Below are positions 1 to 12,509 of a stretch of 64,000 nucleotides of DNA, one piece after another. The stretch lies in assembly GCA_965216875.1 (NCBI GenBank), contig OZ244207.1, forward strand, positions 7,840,001 through 7,904,000, in the 5' to 3' direction. Made by a program: the position numbers and the translations under genes. Numbering within the stretch: the first letter of the stretch is position 1; each line of letters begins with the position of its first letter. The notes beneath the pieces were generated by a model, which worked only from the letters and a program-made list of their open reading frames with translations, had not been told where the DNA came from and made no database searches. Source of the stretch: Rubripirellula sp. (GTDB lineage Bacteria; Planctomycetota; Planctomycetia; Pirellulales; Pirellulaceae).

Positions 1-664
1 TGATGCCTTCGGTCACACCCGGTGCGATGGAACCGCTGTAGTCGATCCAGGGTGAACGCTGGCCAAAGAGTGCTTTCTCGCCCTGTTTGCCGTTGGCATC
101 GGTGAGGATTCCGTCGCCAAAGTACGCCGAAATCGATTTGGCAACTCGGACCGCAAGGAGGCCGAAGTTCGTCTGACCCAATTCAAGTGATTCGGCGACT
201 GACGTGAGTGACGTTTGGATTTCGAGCAAGACGCCCTGATTATCCGACGCACCAGAATTGCCGTCTGGGGAGATCACACAGATCATTTGTTGGTTCAAGA
301 GTGGTTGCGGGTCGTGTCCGTCGTACCACTTCAAGTTGACTGCCATCCTGGCTTCTTCTTCGCCATCCTCGTAGGCAAGCCACGCATCTTGACGAATGAA
401 TGATGTGGCGCTGTTTGACCAGAAGTCGACGCCAAGCACCTTGTGGTGTGCGAACCAGATCGAGCGATGGTGATCGTGATTGGGTGCACCGGGATGACCC
501 ATCCGAGTCAGGGGCAAGCCCGACGGACCGATCAGCGGAAAGAAAAACGGACGCGGGGCGCCGCTGCCGGCATGCCAACGAAGTCGCTCGACACCATCGA
601 TTGAAAAAGCGACTTGATCATTGGGAAGAGGAAGGATCTGACACCGCGGAGAGTTGGTGAACAT
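1..664 (-). CDS. DUF6807/'PmoA'-like family protein, partial (runs off the left edge)
   Basis: Absent from the ORF track because it has no stop in the window. Manual translation from ATG 664 gives MFTNSPRCQILPLPNDQVAFSIDGVERLRWHAG...RPFFFPLIGPSG...HDHHRSIWFAH...VDFW...FGLLAVRVAKSI...WIDYSG, open to base 1. The HxHHRxxW, DFW and WxDYSG motifs are typical of this family. Confidence 0.75.
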   Translation of the reverse strand, partial: MFTNSPRCQILPLPNDQVAFSIDGVERLRWHAGSGAPRPFFFPLIGPSGLPLTRMGHPGAPNHDHHRSIWFAHHKVLGVDFWSNSATSFIRQDAWLAYEDGEEEARMAVNLKWYDGHDPQPLLNQQMICVISPDGNSGASDNQGVLLEIQTSLTSVAESLELGQTNFGLLAVRVAKSISAYFGDGILTDANGKQGEKALFGQRSPWIDYSGSIAPGVTEGI

Positions 665-752
665 CGCGAGCCGATAGATTGGGGAGGGAAGGTCTTAGGA
701 GGGACCTTCGATTGTAACAGCAGCCAAACGTGCGTGTGGTCAGCGCCGAAAA

Positions 753-1259
753 CTACGGTTTGGTGAGCTGATCAACTCGAGAGAGCGCTTGGGGGAAGCG
801 ATGGTTGCCCGCCATGGTCCGCACAGAGTCTGCGGCCGATTGGGCGTCGATGCCGACGGAGGTCACAAACAGCGGCTTCACCGAATCACCGCGGAGGACT
901 TCGATAGCGTGTGTCGCGCCATGAAATGCCGTTTTGGCGACGCCGACAACCGCGATCGACGGTTGGTCGGTGCGCAGATGGTCGTAGAGATGCATGCCCA
1001 AACCCGCGCGGCCATCACCATTGAGGGTGACAAAACCATCGATGACAATCACCTCTGGCGTTATCGAAAGCGATTCGAGCATCGCCAGCAGGCACGGCAT
1101 CTCACGCCGGTAGAACTCGCCCGGAACGTATGCGGCGACTTGATCGATCTCGAGAGTCGATTCGGTGGTCACCGTTTCCGATGCCCAGTCGTCGATCACG
1201 ACGGCGGCGACCTTCGCCGATCCATCGTCGCGATAGCCAACATCCATGCAAATGATCAT
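753..1259 (-). CDS. nfi: Endonuclease V (deoxyinosine 3' endonuclease)
   Basis: Motifs DVGY, YVPGEFYRRE, VIVIDG, GLGMHL, VVGVAKT and RGDSVKPLFVT, and HRFP near the C-terminus. Confidence 0.88.
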   Translation of the reverse strand: MIICMDVGYRDDGSAKVAAVVIDDWASETVTTESTLEIDQVAAYVPGEFYRREMPCLLAMLESLSITPEVIVIDGFVTLNGDGRAGLGMHLYDHLRTDQPSIAVVGVAKTAFHGATHAIEVLRGDSVKPLFVTSVGIDAQSAADSVRTMAGNHRFPQALSRVDQLTKP

Positions 1260-1374
1260 CACGTTCTCGAGCCGGTTGGGAAGAATATCCGTCTCGAGAT
1301 TCTAGCGAAGCGAACGAGTTCCCGTGCAGAGCGAGAACCTCCGCGCGCAAATGGGCAAGCCGTTGTCGTCGGTG

Positions 1375-1548
1375 TTAGTCGACAAACGGATTGGCTTGCT
1401 CATCACCCATGAAGGTCGCGTTGGGAGCCTCGGCAGTGTCCGGAAGGCCCGAGGACGAGCCAACAATGCCGAACAGGGCGCCACCACCGGTGACCCAAAA
1501 AATGATTCCGCCGATAACCAGAAATGCAATGAGATTGATTGGTTTCAT
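1375..1548 (-). CDS. Small (57 aa) single-pass membrane protein, unannotated
   Basis: ATG 1548 to TAA 1375 gives MKPINLIAFLVIGGIIFWVTGGGALFGIVGSSSGLPDTAEAPNATFMGDEQANPFVD. It fills the solA-nfi gap on the same strand and has a clear hydrophobic N-terminus. It is shorter than any ORF in the track (all 60 aa or longer). Confidence 0.65.
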   Translation of the reverse strand: MKPINLIAFLVIGGIIFWVTGGGALFGIVGSSSGLPDTAEAPNATFMGDEQANPFVD

Positions 1549-1714
1549 GGAGGTGTTCCCGTGACCTGGCGTGCGCGTAAAAAGCAGCGTGATTTGGGTG
1601 TAGATGTCTAGCCAACTCTACGTCTTGGATCCAAATTGGGGTGGTCGGTCGAGAGAACGGAATTCGGATTCCAGAATCGCAGCGCGGCTGAATCGATTGG
1701 TCACGTCACAACGG

Positions 1715-2857
1715 TTAGTCCGACCGACCGGTGTCTTCCAAGAGTCGCTTTAAACGAAACAGCGACAGATCAAACTTAGGAACATTGCCAGAAGCCAACG
1801 TGGCTGCGAGCTCGCCGAGCACGCTTGTGAATTTGAACCCGTGTCCGGAAAGTCCGCCAACGACAGTGATGTTCTTGTGTTCAGGGTGGTGGTCAATGAT
1901 GAAATGTTCATCGGGCGTTGACGTGTAGTAGCAGCCAGCCGAGGAGATGATTTTGTTGGTGACGCCGCGCAGGTACCGGTCGGCAAAACTCCGCGTCAAC
2001 CGATCGTCTTCTTGATCGACTTCGTGATGCTCGGTAGGGCCCGGAATCAATTGCCCGCCACTGTGGCGAGCGATCTTGACGCCCGCACCGTGATCCGGAA
2101 ACCCGTAGAAATAGCCCTCGGGCGTATCAAAGAAAAAGCAGGGTGTTCCGGATGATTGTGACCATTGGTCAGGTTGAGCCTCGAACCAGTATTGATGTTT
2201 GCGGATGACGTTCAAATGATTGGCAAGTTCCGGCACCGCTTTGCCAAGCCATGGACCCGCAGCAATGATCAAGTGGTCCGCGGTCTCGACCACTGAACCG
2301 GTCGTCACCGAAACCTTGGACTCGGTCGCATGGAGTTTGGTGACATGTTGTTGAAATCGCAGTTCGCAAACGTCGCTGGCGTTTTGTTCGAGGTGCGCCG
2401 CAACACAGTCTTCGACCTTCAGGTAACCGGCGTTCAGTTCGATGACTGCAGCCCAGTTCGATTCGCCTTGAAACACTGGCCACCGCGCCGCAACCTCGCG
2501 TGCCGAAAGTGCTTCGATTGGTAGATCATGCTGCATCGCACTCTCTTTGACACCACGGATCACCACTCCATCGGCGGGGCCAATTTCGACCAGTCCCGTT
2601 TTGCAAAAAAGTTCGCTTCCCGATTGTTGCTCGAGAGATTCCCATAGCTCATAGGCGCGGCGCAACAGCGGCACATAGGCCGGGTCTTCAAAATAGGCTT
2701 GTCGAATCACACGTGAGCGGCCATGCGAGCTCCCTCGATCGTGTGGTGGCGAAAACTGGTCGATTCCCAACGTACGAAGCCCCTGTGACGCTAGGTGATA
2801 CGCTGCGGCGCTACCGACTCCTCCCAATCCCAAAACGATGACGTCCCAGTGCGACAT
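1715..2857 (-). CDS. solA: N-methyl-L-tryptophan oxidase / monomeric sarcosine oxidase family FAD oxidoreductase
   Basis: Rossmann motif VIVLGLGGVGSAAA, PPHDRGSSHGRSRVIRQAY, CYYTSTPDEHFIID (flavinylation Cys region) and GLSGHGFKF. Confidence 0.88.
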   Translation of the reverse strand: MSHWDVIVLGLGGVGSAAAYHLASQGLRTLGIDQFSPPHDRGSSHGRSRVIRQAYFEDPAYVPLLRRAYELWESLEQQSGSELFCKTGLVEIGPADGVVIRGVKESAMQHDLPIEALSAREVAARWPVFQGESNWAAVIELNAGYLKVEDCVAAHLEQNASDVCELRFQQHVTKLHATESKVSVTTGSVVETADHLIIAAGPWLGKAVPELANHLNVIRKHQYWFEAQPDQWSQSSGTPCFFFDTPEGYFYGFPDHGAGVKIARHSGGQLIPGPTEHHEVDQEDDRLTRSFADRYLRGVTNKIISSAGCYYTSTPDEHFIIDHHPEHKNITVVGGLSGHGFKFTSVLGELAATLASGNVPKFDLSLFRLKRLLEDTGRSD

Positions 2858-2965
2858 GGCCAAGCTTTACAATTACTCTGTGAAGGGGAAACCGGAGGCT
2901 CGATTCATCGGGCTCGGCCTATCAACATAACATCGGCACCAGATGTAGCCGGAAGGAGACTGTAA

Positions 2966-3718
2966 GTGATGACGACTCGACTTGATCGCCGCCAATTGAT
3001 GCGTGGCTCGATGGCGTTTGCCGCCGCTGGTGCTGTGGCTGGTTCGACGGAGACTTTGACCGCAGCGAATGCGGCGAGCGAACTGCCCAAAGGATCGGTG
3101 TTGTTGTTCCAAGGCGATTCGATTACCGATTGTCGTCGAGATCGTAAGCAGAAGTCGGCCAACAACCCGCGAGGTTTTGGATCGGGATATCCGATGTTGA
3201 TCGCAAGTGGGCTGCTTCGCGATCATGCCTCTTCGGACCTGAAGATTTACAACCGTGGCATCAGCGGCAATAAGGTCCCTGACCTCGACGCCCGTTGGAA
3301 AGAAGACTGCATCGATTTGAAACCGGCCGTGCTGAGCATCTTGATTGGCGTCAACGACATCTGGCACAAACTCAATGGACGCTATGAGGGGACGGTGAAA
3401 ACCTATGAAGAGGGTTTGCGGGCGCTGCTCGACCGGACCTCCGACGCGCTGCCCGACACAAGGATCGTGATTTGTGAACCGTTTGTGCTTCGCTGCGGCG
3501 CGGTCAACGATTCATGGTTCCCCGAATTCGAGCATCGAAGGGCTGCGTGTGAGGCAGTTGCCAAGTCGCTATCGCTCGACTTTGTTCCCTTCCAAAAGAT
3601 GTTTGACGAAGCAACGGCTTCAAGTCCGCCAGCCTACTGGGCGGCTGATGGCGTTCATCCAACGATGGCGGGTCACGCATTGATGGCCAAGACCTGGCGT
3701 GAGGTCGTCGGGGTCTAG
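2966..3718 (+). CDS. SGNH/GDSL hydrolase with Tat signal peptide
   Basis: DRRQLM twin-Arg signal; blocks FQGDSITD, NRGISG, IGVND and DGVHP; AGGAG Shine-Dalgarno upstream. Confidence 0.9.
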   Translation: MMTTRLDRRQLMRGSMAFAAAGAVAGSTETLTAANAASELPKGSVLLFQGDSITDCRRDRKQKSANNPRGFGSGYPMLIASGLLRDHASSDLKIYNRGISGNKVPDLDARWKEDCIDLKPAVLSILIGVNDIWHKLNGRYEGTVKTYEEGLRALLDRTSDALPDTRIVICEPFVLRCGAVNDSWFPEFEHRRAACEAVAKSLSLDFVPFQKMFDEATASSPPAYWAADGVHPTMAGHALMAKTWREVVGV

Positions 3719-3752
3719 TGCGAGCCACGATCGCGTAGGCGGCAACGAGGCA

Positions 3753-3780
3753 CGTTCGTAGTACCGAGCTTTAGCCGGAA
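3753..3780 (+). repeat. REP-like element, family A (GTAG-type), single copy
   Basis: CGTTCGTAGTACCGAGCTTT is identical over 20 bp to 40291-40310. It lies between convergent genes. Confidence 0.7.
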
Positions 3781-3893
3781 TCTTCTGGCCCATTCGACAA
3801 TCTGCGATCGCCAATTCAGCTGGGTCGGCCGGGTCGGTTTGGGCCAATGATCATGCCGGATCTGCGTTGCTGTTGCTCCTTGATCCGGCCTAC

Positions 3894-5396
3894 TCAAGCC
3901 AAGATGTCGCGGACGACATGACCGTGAACGTTCGTGAGTCGGCGTTCGAGCCCGTTGTGGTAGAACGTCAACCGTTCATGGTCGAGTCCCATCAAGTGCA
4001 AGAGCGTCGCATTGAAGTCGTACACGGTCAACTTGTTTCGTGCCGCTTTGAATCCAAACTCGTCGCTTTCGCCATAGCTGGTCGCGCGTTTGACACCGGC
4101 GCCCGTCATGAAGCAGGTAAAGGCGCTCGGGTTGTGATCGCGTCCCGTTCCGTTGGATTGAAGGAATGGCATGCGACCGAATTCGGTGGCCCAAACGACA
4201 AGCGTGTGCTCCAGAAGCCCGCGTTGCTTCATGTCGGCAATCAAAGCAGCGGTTGGCTGGTCCATGATCTCGGCTTGCATTGCATGCGTTTTGAGGATGT
4301 TGGAGTGTGAGTCCCAGTTGGTCACTCCATTGCCGCCGGACGGGTCGCTGCCGTTAAACAACTGAACGACACGCACTCCTTTTTCAAGCAGTCGACGCGC
4401 CAGGATGCAGTTGCGTGCGTAGTGCCCTCGCAGTTCGCTGCCACCTTCAACGCCATACGCCTTGAGGGTCGATTCCGTTTCACCTGAAAGATCCATCACG
4501 TCTGGTACGGACGTTTGCATCTTTCCGGCAAGCTCATAGCTGGCAATTCGGCCGGCAAGGTTGGCATCGCCTGGGAATTGTTCCAGGTGTCGCGCGTTGA
4601 GTCGTTTCAATAGGTCGACCGTTTTGCGATCATCGCCGACAGAGAACGATTCGGGACGGTTTAAATTGTTCGGTGGGTTCTTGGCATTGAAGTCCGTTCC
4701 TTGGAATGCAGCAGGTAAGAATCCATTGCCGAAGTTGTTTTTTCCACTTCGAGCCAATCCCCGTGGATCGTTGATGGCGACGAAGGCCGGGAGTTCCTGG
4801 CTTTCGGTTCCCAAGGCGTAAGTGACCCAGGCTCCAAACGACGGAAAGCCTTCCATCGTGAAGCCGGTGTTCATAAAGTTCTCGCCCTGTGGATGAGCAC
4901 TCGTGTCGGTGGTCAACGAGTGCAGAAAACAGAAGTCATCGACCTGCTCGGCTAAGTTTGGCAGCAGGTCGGAAACCATCTTGCCTGTTTCACCGCGTGG
5001 CTTGAAGTCCCAAAAAGGTTTGGCGATGTTTCCACTTGGGCCTTCGAAGGTGACGGCCGGTAACCCAGGTGGCTTTTGTCCATGGAGCTTTGTCAGCGCC
5101 GGTTTGTAATCGAAGGTGTCGACATGGCTGACGGCACCTGGGCAATAGATCACGAGTACCTGCTTCGCCGGCATCTCGAAATGTGGCTGCCGCGACGAGT
5201 ACGGGTTGTTGGGATCTATCGTTGGACGCAGCGGCGTCTTGCCGCTGACCGTTCGTGAGTCAGCAGCCAAAAGACCATCGGTATCGAGCATGCTGGTGAG
5301 GGCAAGGCCCGCGGTCGAGAGACCCGCCGTGCTCAAAAAGCCTCGGCGATCGAGTAGCCGACGGCCATGCGGGGAGAGTTTTTCGGGATTGGTCAT
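3894..5396 (-). CDS. DUF1501 domain protein (Tat-exported, PVC family)
   Basis: DRRGFL Tat motif; SHVDTFDYKP, ASYELAGKMQ, CILARRLLEKGVRVVQL, WDSH, EFGRMP, GRDHNP, LGLDHERLTF-like segment. Confidence 0.92.
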   Translation of the reverse strand: MTNPEKLSPHGRRLLDRRGFLSTAGLSTAGLALTSMLDTDGLLAADSRTVSGKTPLRPTIDPNNPYSSRQPHFEMPAKQVLVIYCPGAVSHVDTFDYKPALTKLHGQKPPGLPAVTFEGPSGNIAKPFWDFKPRGETGKMVSDLLPNLAEQVDDFCFLHSLTTDTSAHPQGENFMNTGFTMEGFPSFGAWVTYALGTESQELPAFVAINDPRGLARSGKNNFGNGFLPAAFQGTDFNAKNPPNNLNRPESFSVGDDRKTVDLLKRLNARHLEQFPGDANLAGRIASYELAGKMQTSVPDVMDLSGETESTLKAYGVEGGSELRGHYARNCILARRLLEKGVRVVQLFNGSDPSGGNGVTNWDSHSNILKTHAMQAEIMDQPTAALIADMKQRGLLEHTLVVWATEFGRMPFLQSNGTGRDHNPSAFTCFMTGAGVKRATSYGESDEFGFKAARNKLTVYDFNATLLHLMGLDHERLTFYHNGLERRLTNVHGHVVRDILA

Positions 5397-5459
5397 TCTC
5401 TTTCTCCGTCACGTCCATGATTCAATGGGCGCGATTGAATGCAACCGTTTTGAAATAGG

Positions 5460-8258
<2,799 letters not shown>

Positions 8259-8354
8259 TGGATTGGGAAGTGGTGGCATGGCGCCGTAACGGCAGCGGCT
8301 ATCCGAGGAAGCCGACATCAAACGGTAGGGGCAACGAGATGGAACGGAAGCGAT

Positions 8355-9968
8355 CTACAAGGCTGCTTTCCAACCCGCATCAAGTTGTTTGCGAAGCTTG
8401 GCGACAACATCAGGATGCTGGTCGGCAATGTTCTTCGTCTCGGTGGGATCGGTTTGGTGATCAAACAATTCAGTGTAAACCGGCTCGGCCGTTGCATCAC
8501 GCCAATCTCGCCAAAGCACGAGGCGGTACCGATCCGTTCGCATGGTGTATCCCATCAGGTGCTGTTCAAAAAACTCGCGGTTCCACTTTGTACCTTGTTG
8601 GTCGATGATTCGCGTTTCGACCTGTTTGATCAGCGGTCCAAACCAGGTTTCTCGCATGCCTTGTGAAAGCGGGTTGGCTGCCCATTCACGAAGTGCGGGG
8701 TTGGGGTATTGGCTGAACGCCGCCTTTTTCCACGGTTTGTTCGGATCATCCAGCAAGGGCACAAAACTGTGGCCCTCGATATGCTCGGGGACGGGAACGC
8801 CAGCCAGTTCACAGAGCGTCGGGTACATGTCAACGAGTTCCACCAGTGCGTCCGTCTTGTGTCCACGCGTCTTCATGTCGGGCGTCCAGATCATCAAGGG
8901 CACGCGGGTGGCAATTTCGTAGTTCGTGGCTTTGCCCCAAACGCCCATGTCGCCAAGGTGCCAGCCGTGATCACCCCAAACGATAATGATCGTGTTGTCG
9001 CGAACGCCGGCTTCTTCAAGAGCCTCGACCATCATGCCGATTTGAGCATCGACGTAGCTGACGCAAGCAAGGTAGGCGTGCATCAAGGTGGTCGATAGTT
9101 CATCGCCCAGCGGTCCGATCTTCGGTATGCCCGCCCGTGTTCGCAGTTCGAACGAGGCGTGCAAACCCATCGCCGCACCGCCGTCGGGGGCGTCGGTTTG
9201 CGTGGCGAGTGGAATATCGTTTCGATCGTAAAGATCCCAATATTTCTTTGGCGCGACCCAATTGAGGTGTGGCTTTTTGAATCCGAGTGCAAGGAAAAAT
9301 GGCTTGTCTTTGTCATCCACCATCTGCTTCATGGTTTCGATGGCAAGTAGCGTGTTGTAACCATCGATGTAGGCGTGGTCGGGGACATCAGCCATTTCGT
9401 AGGCTGGGCCGGCCGCCAGACCTCGGCGTGCCGCCTCGCCATATTTCGCCAACATCTTTTTCATGTTGTCGGCTTTCATTTTGTTGTTCTCGGGAAGTGC
9501 ATAAGCGCCAACCGGCTTTTTGACTCCGCGAATCCACTTGACGGGCCTTCGGCTCCACGAGTTTTCTTCGTCTGTATCGCCTTGATGAAACACCTTGCCA
9601 CAGTAGACCGTTTCGTAACCGTGGCCGATCAAATGTTGTGGCAACGTGACGATGTTCGGTCGTAGCTCGCGCAGGGCAACATAATTGTGAGTCAGGCCTG
9701 TGGTGTCGGGGCGCGCTCCGGTCATCAAGCTGGCACGCGATGGACGGCAAATCGCCTGTTGGCAGTAGGCCCGATTGAACAACAAACCGTCTTTGGCCAA
9801 CGCATCGAGGTTGGGTGAAATCGCGACTTGAGAACCGTAGCAACCGAGTTCCGGGCGCAGGTCGTCGATGGCGATAAACAAGATGTTGGGTTTGTCTGCC
9901 CTGGCTGAAGGTGCCAGCGCCAACGCGGCAACCATTGCCACAAGAATGAACGACAACCTCTGCGACAA
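8355..9968 (-). CDS. Sulfatase, iduronate-2-sulfatase-like (S1, Cys-type)
   Basis: KPNILFIAIDDLRP, CRPSRASLMTG (CxPxR formylglycine motif), GFKKPHL, GDHGWHLGD and a signal peptide. The ORF-track start (10169) overlaps the upstream gene, so a start near 9968 (TTG) or 9935 (ATG) is more likely. Confidence 0.9.
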   Translation of the reverse strand: MSQRLSFILVAMVAALALAPSARADKPNILFIAIDDLRPELGCYGSQVAISPNLDALAKDGLLFNRAYCQQAICRPSRASLMTGARPDTTGLTHNYVALRELRPNIVTLPQHLIGHGYETVYCGKVFHQGDTDEENSWSRRPVKWIRGVKKPVGAYALPENNKMKADNMKKMLAKYGEAARRGLAAGPAYEMADVPDHAYIDGYNTLLAIETMKQMVDDKDKPFFLALGFKKPHLNWVAPKKYWDLYDRNDIPLATQTDAPDGGAAMGLHASFELRTRAGIPKIGPLGDELSTTLMHAYLACVSYVDAQIGMMVEALEEAGVRDNTIIIVWGDHGWHLGDMGVWGKATNYEIATRVPLMIWTPDMKTRGHKTDALVELVDMYPTLCELAGVPVPEHIEGHSFVPLLDDPNKPWKKAAFSQYPNPALREWAANPLSQGMRETWFGPLIKQVETRIIDQQGTKWNREFFEQHLMGYTMRTDRYRLVLWRDWRDATAEPVYTELFDHQTDPTETKNIADQHPDVVAKLRKQLDAGWKAAL

Positions 9969-10074
9969 GTTTTCAAGCGGTAGGACGCGTTTGTACGACC
10001 GATTGATCTTGCCCCTCACGCGGTTGCATCCGATTCGGGGTTGGACAAACCAGCCGCAGAAGTTGCGTGATTCT

Positions 10075-11754
10075 CTAATAACCAAGGGGTTTACCTTTCT
10101 CGTAAAGCGAGTCGATTTCTTCGGGCGAAAGGACGGCGTTGAAGATGGCGAGTTCGTCGATCGTGCCATTCAAATTCCGAACCGCAAACCATGGTGTCTT
10201 TCGGAACGGCTGCCCCCAGTTGCCGATCTCGGCCGGGCCAATGTGAAGCTTGTCGGTGTAGTAGGTGTCAGTGATCTTGTGTTGACATACTTGGACGCCG
10301 TTGACGTATTGAGTAACGCGGCGGCCAGCGGGATCGTACACGGCGGCGATATGGAACCACTGGCCACTCTTTGAAATGTCCCAGATCGGTTCACTGAAAT
10401 AGACGCGGTGCAAACCTGCCGTCGTCACGATCGTTTGATCGTATTGATTGAAGTGTTGGATGTGGTGGGTGTCGTCCACCATGACCGAGAACATCAAGCA
10501 TCCGTCATCGCGGATCTGCCAGTGCGGCTCGCCGTTTTCGTAACCGTCCCCCATAAAGAGCGCGTTGTAGCGGTTTTCGAGACTGTCGATTTTGACCCAG
10601 CATGCGAAGGTGAACGATTGGAACTCGCCATCAATGCGTGTTCGCACGCGAGCACCCGGGCGATCAAATTCAAGGCCAGCCGATGAACTGCCGAATCGTC
10701 CAGACGTGCGGTTGACTGGTCCGATTATCAAACCGTCCTTGTCCGCTCCTGTATTGGCCGAATTCGAAACCACACGTTGCTTCTCGAGCTCCGCGATCGG
10801 ATAGTAGGCAATCAAGCGATCATCGTCGCGTAGTTGTTGCGAATAGGCTTTCCAACGATCAAAGCGATTTGCCTCGGCGTTTTCGTGCAGTCGGTTCAGT
10901 TCGTTCTGTGAGCTTGGGCGTTGAAGCTTGGCCGGACTCGTGCCTTCTCCTTCGAGCCACTTGCGATCTCCGGTCAAGAGGTGATCGCCGTCGTGTCGAC
11001 CGCCGCGAAGCATGATCTCGCCATCGATGACTTCGACTTGCGAAGTTTGATCGCCAACCTCGAGGGCGAACTCAGTGCCAAGATCGACGATTTCGGATTC
11101 GCCCGCCTTCACGACAAAGCCTCGCGCCGCCGGTGGGACGTTTGCGCGTAGACGACCTTCGAGAACGCGAACAGACCAATCCGATTCAACATCAAGCGTT
11201 GCAGGACCTTCAATGATCAACGTCGCGCCGCAGAAGAAGTCGATCTCGGCCAAGCCTTGTTTGAATTCGAGCCGTCCATCGGGAATGACATCCCCCTGTC
11301 GCCAGTGGTTGGCGCCCTGGGCCCACTGTAAATCGACGACACGTCGAAGCGTTGCGTGGCCAGCGATCGCGGTTTCGGACTCGTCGCGCGCCTCAGCCGA
11401 GGGTTGCTGAGGTGATGCTGTGGCGATTTGGTTTTCGTTAGAGGCCTGGCTGCGCCCAATCAGAAAGGCCGCGCCGCCAACGATCAGCAAAACGGTTGCT
11501 GCAATTGCCAGGACGGAAAGCGAGAAGAAATTCCATACCGAGTTGTTGGGGCTCGACTGCAACGGGTCCATCGTTGCGATGTCGTCTTCATTGTCGGCGA
11601 TTTCGCCTAATGACTCACAAAGACGAACCGCGCGCAGGTATTCACTACGAACTTCTTCGTCCTGTTCAATCTTGTCTTGTAACCGTTCAAAGTCTTCGGC
11701 GCTGATCGTTTGGTCGATCGCTTGAAAGATCAGTTTGCGAATGTTGCTATCCAT
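10075..11754 (-). CDS. FecR-like anti-sigma factor with C-terminal LamG/concanavalin-A domain
   Basis: N-terminal helical anti-sigma region, one TM helix, FecR-like GLAEIDF..GATLIIEGPA...VDLGTEF, and LamG-like FACWVK...WFHIAAVYD...YVNG...GTIDELAIFN. Its ATG overlaps the ECF stop codon. Confidence 0.85.
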   Translation of the reverse strand: MDSNIRKLIFQAIDQTISAEDFERLQDKIEQDEEVRSEYLRAVRLCESLGEIADNEDDIATMDPLQSSPNNSVWNFFSLSVLAIAATVLLIVGGAAFLIGRSQASNENQIATASPQQPSAEARDESETAIAGHATLRRVVDLQWAQGANHWRQGDVIPDGRLEFKQGLAEIDFFCGATLIIEGPATLDVESDWSVRVLEGRLRANVPPAARGFVVKAGESEIVDLGTEFALEVGDQTSQVEVIDGEIMLRGGRHDGDHLLTGDRKWLEGEGTSPAKLQRPSSQNELNRLHENAEANRFDRWKAYSQQLRDDDRLIAYYPIAELEKQRVVSNSANTGADKDGLIIGPVNRTSGRFGSSSAGLEFDRPGARVRTRIDGEFQSFTFACWVKIDSLENRYNALFMGDGYENGEPHWQIRDDGCLMFSVMVDDTHHIQHFNQYDQTIVTTAGLHRVYFSEPIWDISKSGQWFHIAAVYDPAGRRVTQYVNGVQVCQHKITDTYYTDKLHIGPAEIGNWGQPFRKTPWFAVRNLNGTIDELAIFNAVLSPEEIDSLYEKGKPLGY

Positions 11755-12361
11755 GCCCCACCTCCCCAATGAGTCGTTGCTGAACACATTCGAGCAAGTG
11801 CTTGCGAAGCACATTCACCCGGTTGTACAGCCGTCGTGCCTTTTGTCCTGTTTCGGCGGCGATCAAGGCAACCGATTCGCCAGGTGAATGGACGCTCAAC
11901 ACGAGGCGTCGGTGATCGTCTTGCATTTTGCCAAGGCACTGCTCGATGGCGGCCCGCTCGGCGTCCTGACGATCGAGGTTGGTCATCGCGGTCTGCGCCA
12001 ATTGGTCGATGACACCTTCACGGAACACGAGCCGGTCGCGTCCTTTATCACGCTGCCAACTGAGTGCCTTGTACCGTGCAATCACACACGCCCAGCGGAT
12101 GAATTCGTCGACTGCCGATTGGGGATCGGAGGGAGAGAAGTCGTCGAACTTTTTCCAGCACTCGAGCGCGGTTTCCTGCATCACGTCGTCGACCCCGTCA
12201 CGCGTTGGCAGAAGCGATCTGACAAATCGACGTATCGATTGATCGTGCCGAGCCAATAACGCGACGTAGTCGTTGTAGCGGGCTTCCCGATCGATCGCCC
12301 CCGAGGAGGCATGGGCGAGATCGTCTTGCGGGGCGGAAGGCGTGTTTTGCGGGGTGTCCAT
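11747..12361 (-). CDS. ECF RNA polymerase sigma factor (Rhodopirellula/Verrucomicrobium type)
   Basis: Sigma2 region IRRFVRSLL..VDDVMQET..CWKKFDDF..FIRWACVIAR; sigma4 region CLGKM..LYNRVNVLRKHLLECV. Confidence 0.9.
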   Translation of the reverse strand: MDTPQNTPSAPQDDLAHASSGAIDREARYNDYVALLARHDQSIRRFVRSLLPTRDGVDDVMQETALECWKKFDDFSPSDPQSAVDEFIRWACVIARYKALSWQRDKGRDRLVFREGVIDQLAQTAMTNLDRQDAERAAIEQCLGKMQDDHRRLVLSVHSPGESVALIAAETGQKARRLYNRVNVLRKHLLECVQQRLIGEVGHG

Positions 12362-12509
12362 CGTATCGCTGCGGTGAGGTGACACTGGGATATTCCAGTT
12401 ATCCCACAAATTACCAGCGAGACGAAAAAGATTTTTTCGCGGGCCGAACCGCGGTCCGTCTGTCTGCCAACGTTCCGTGACACTCCCACTTGGTCACCGT
12501 TTGTGTCCC

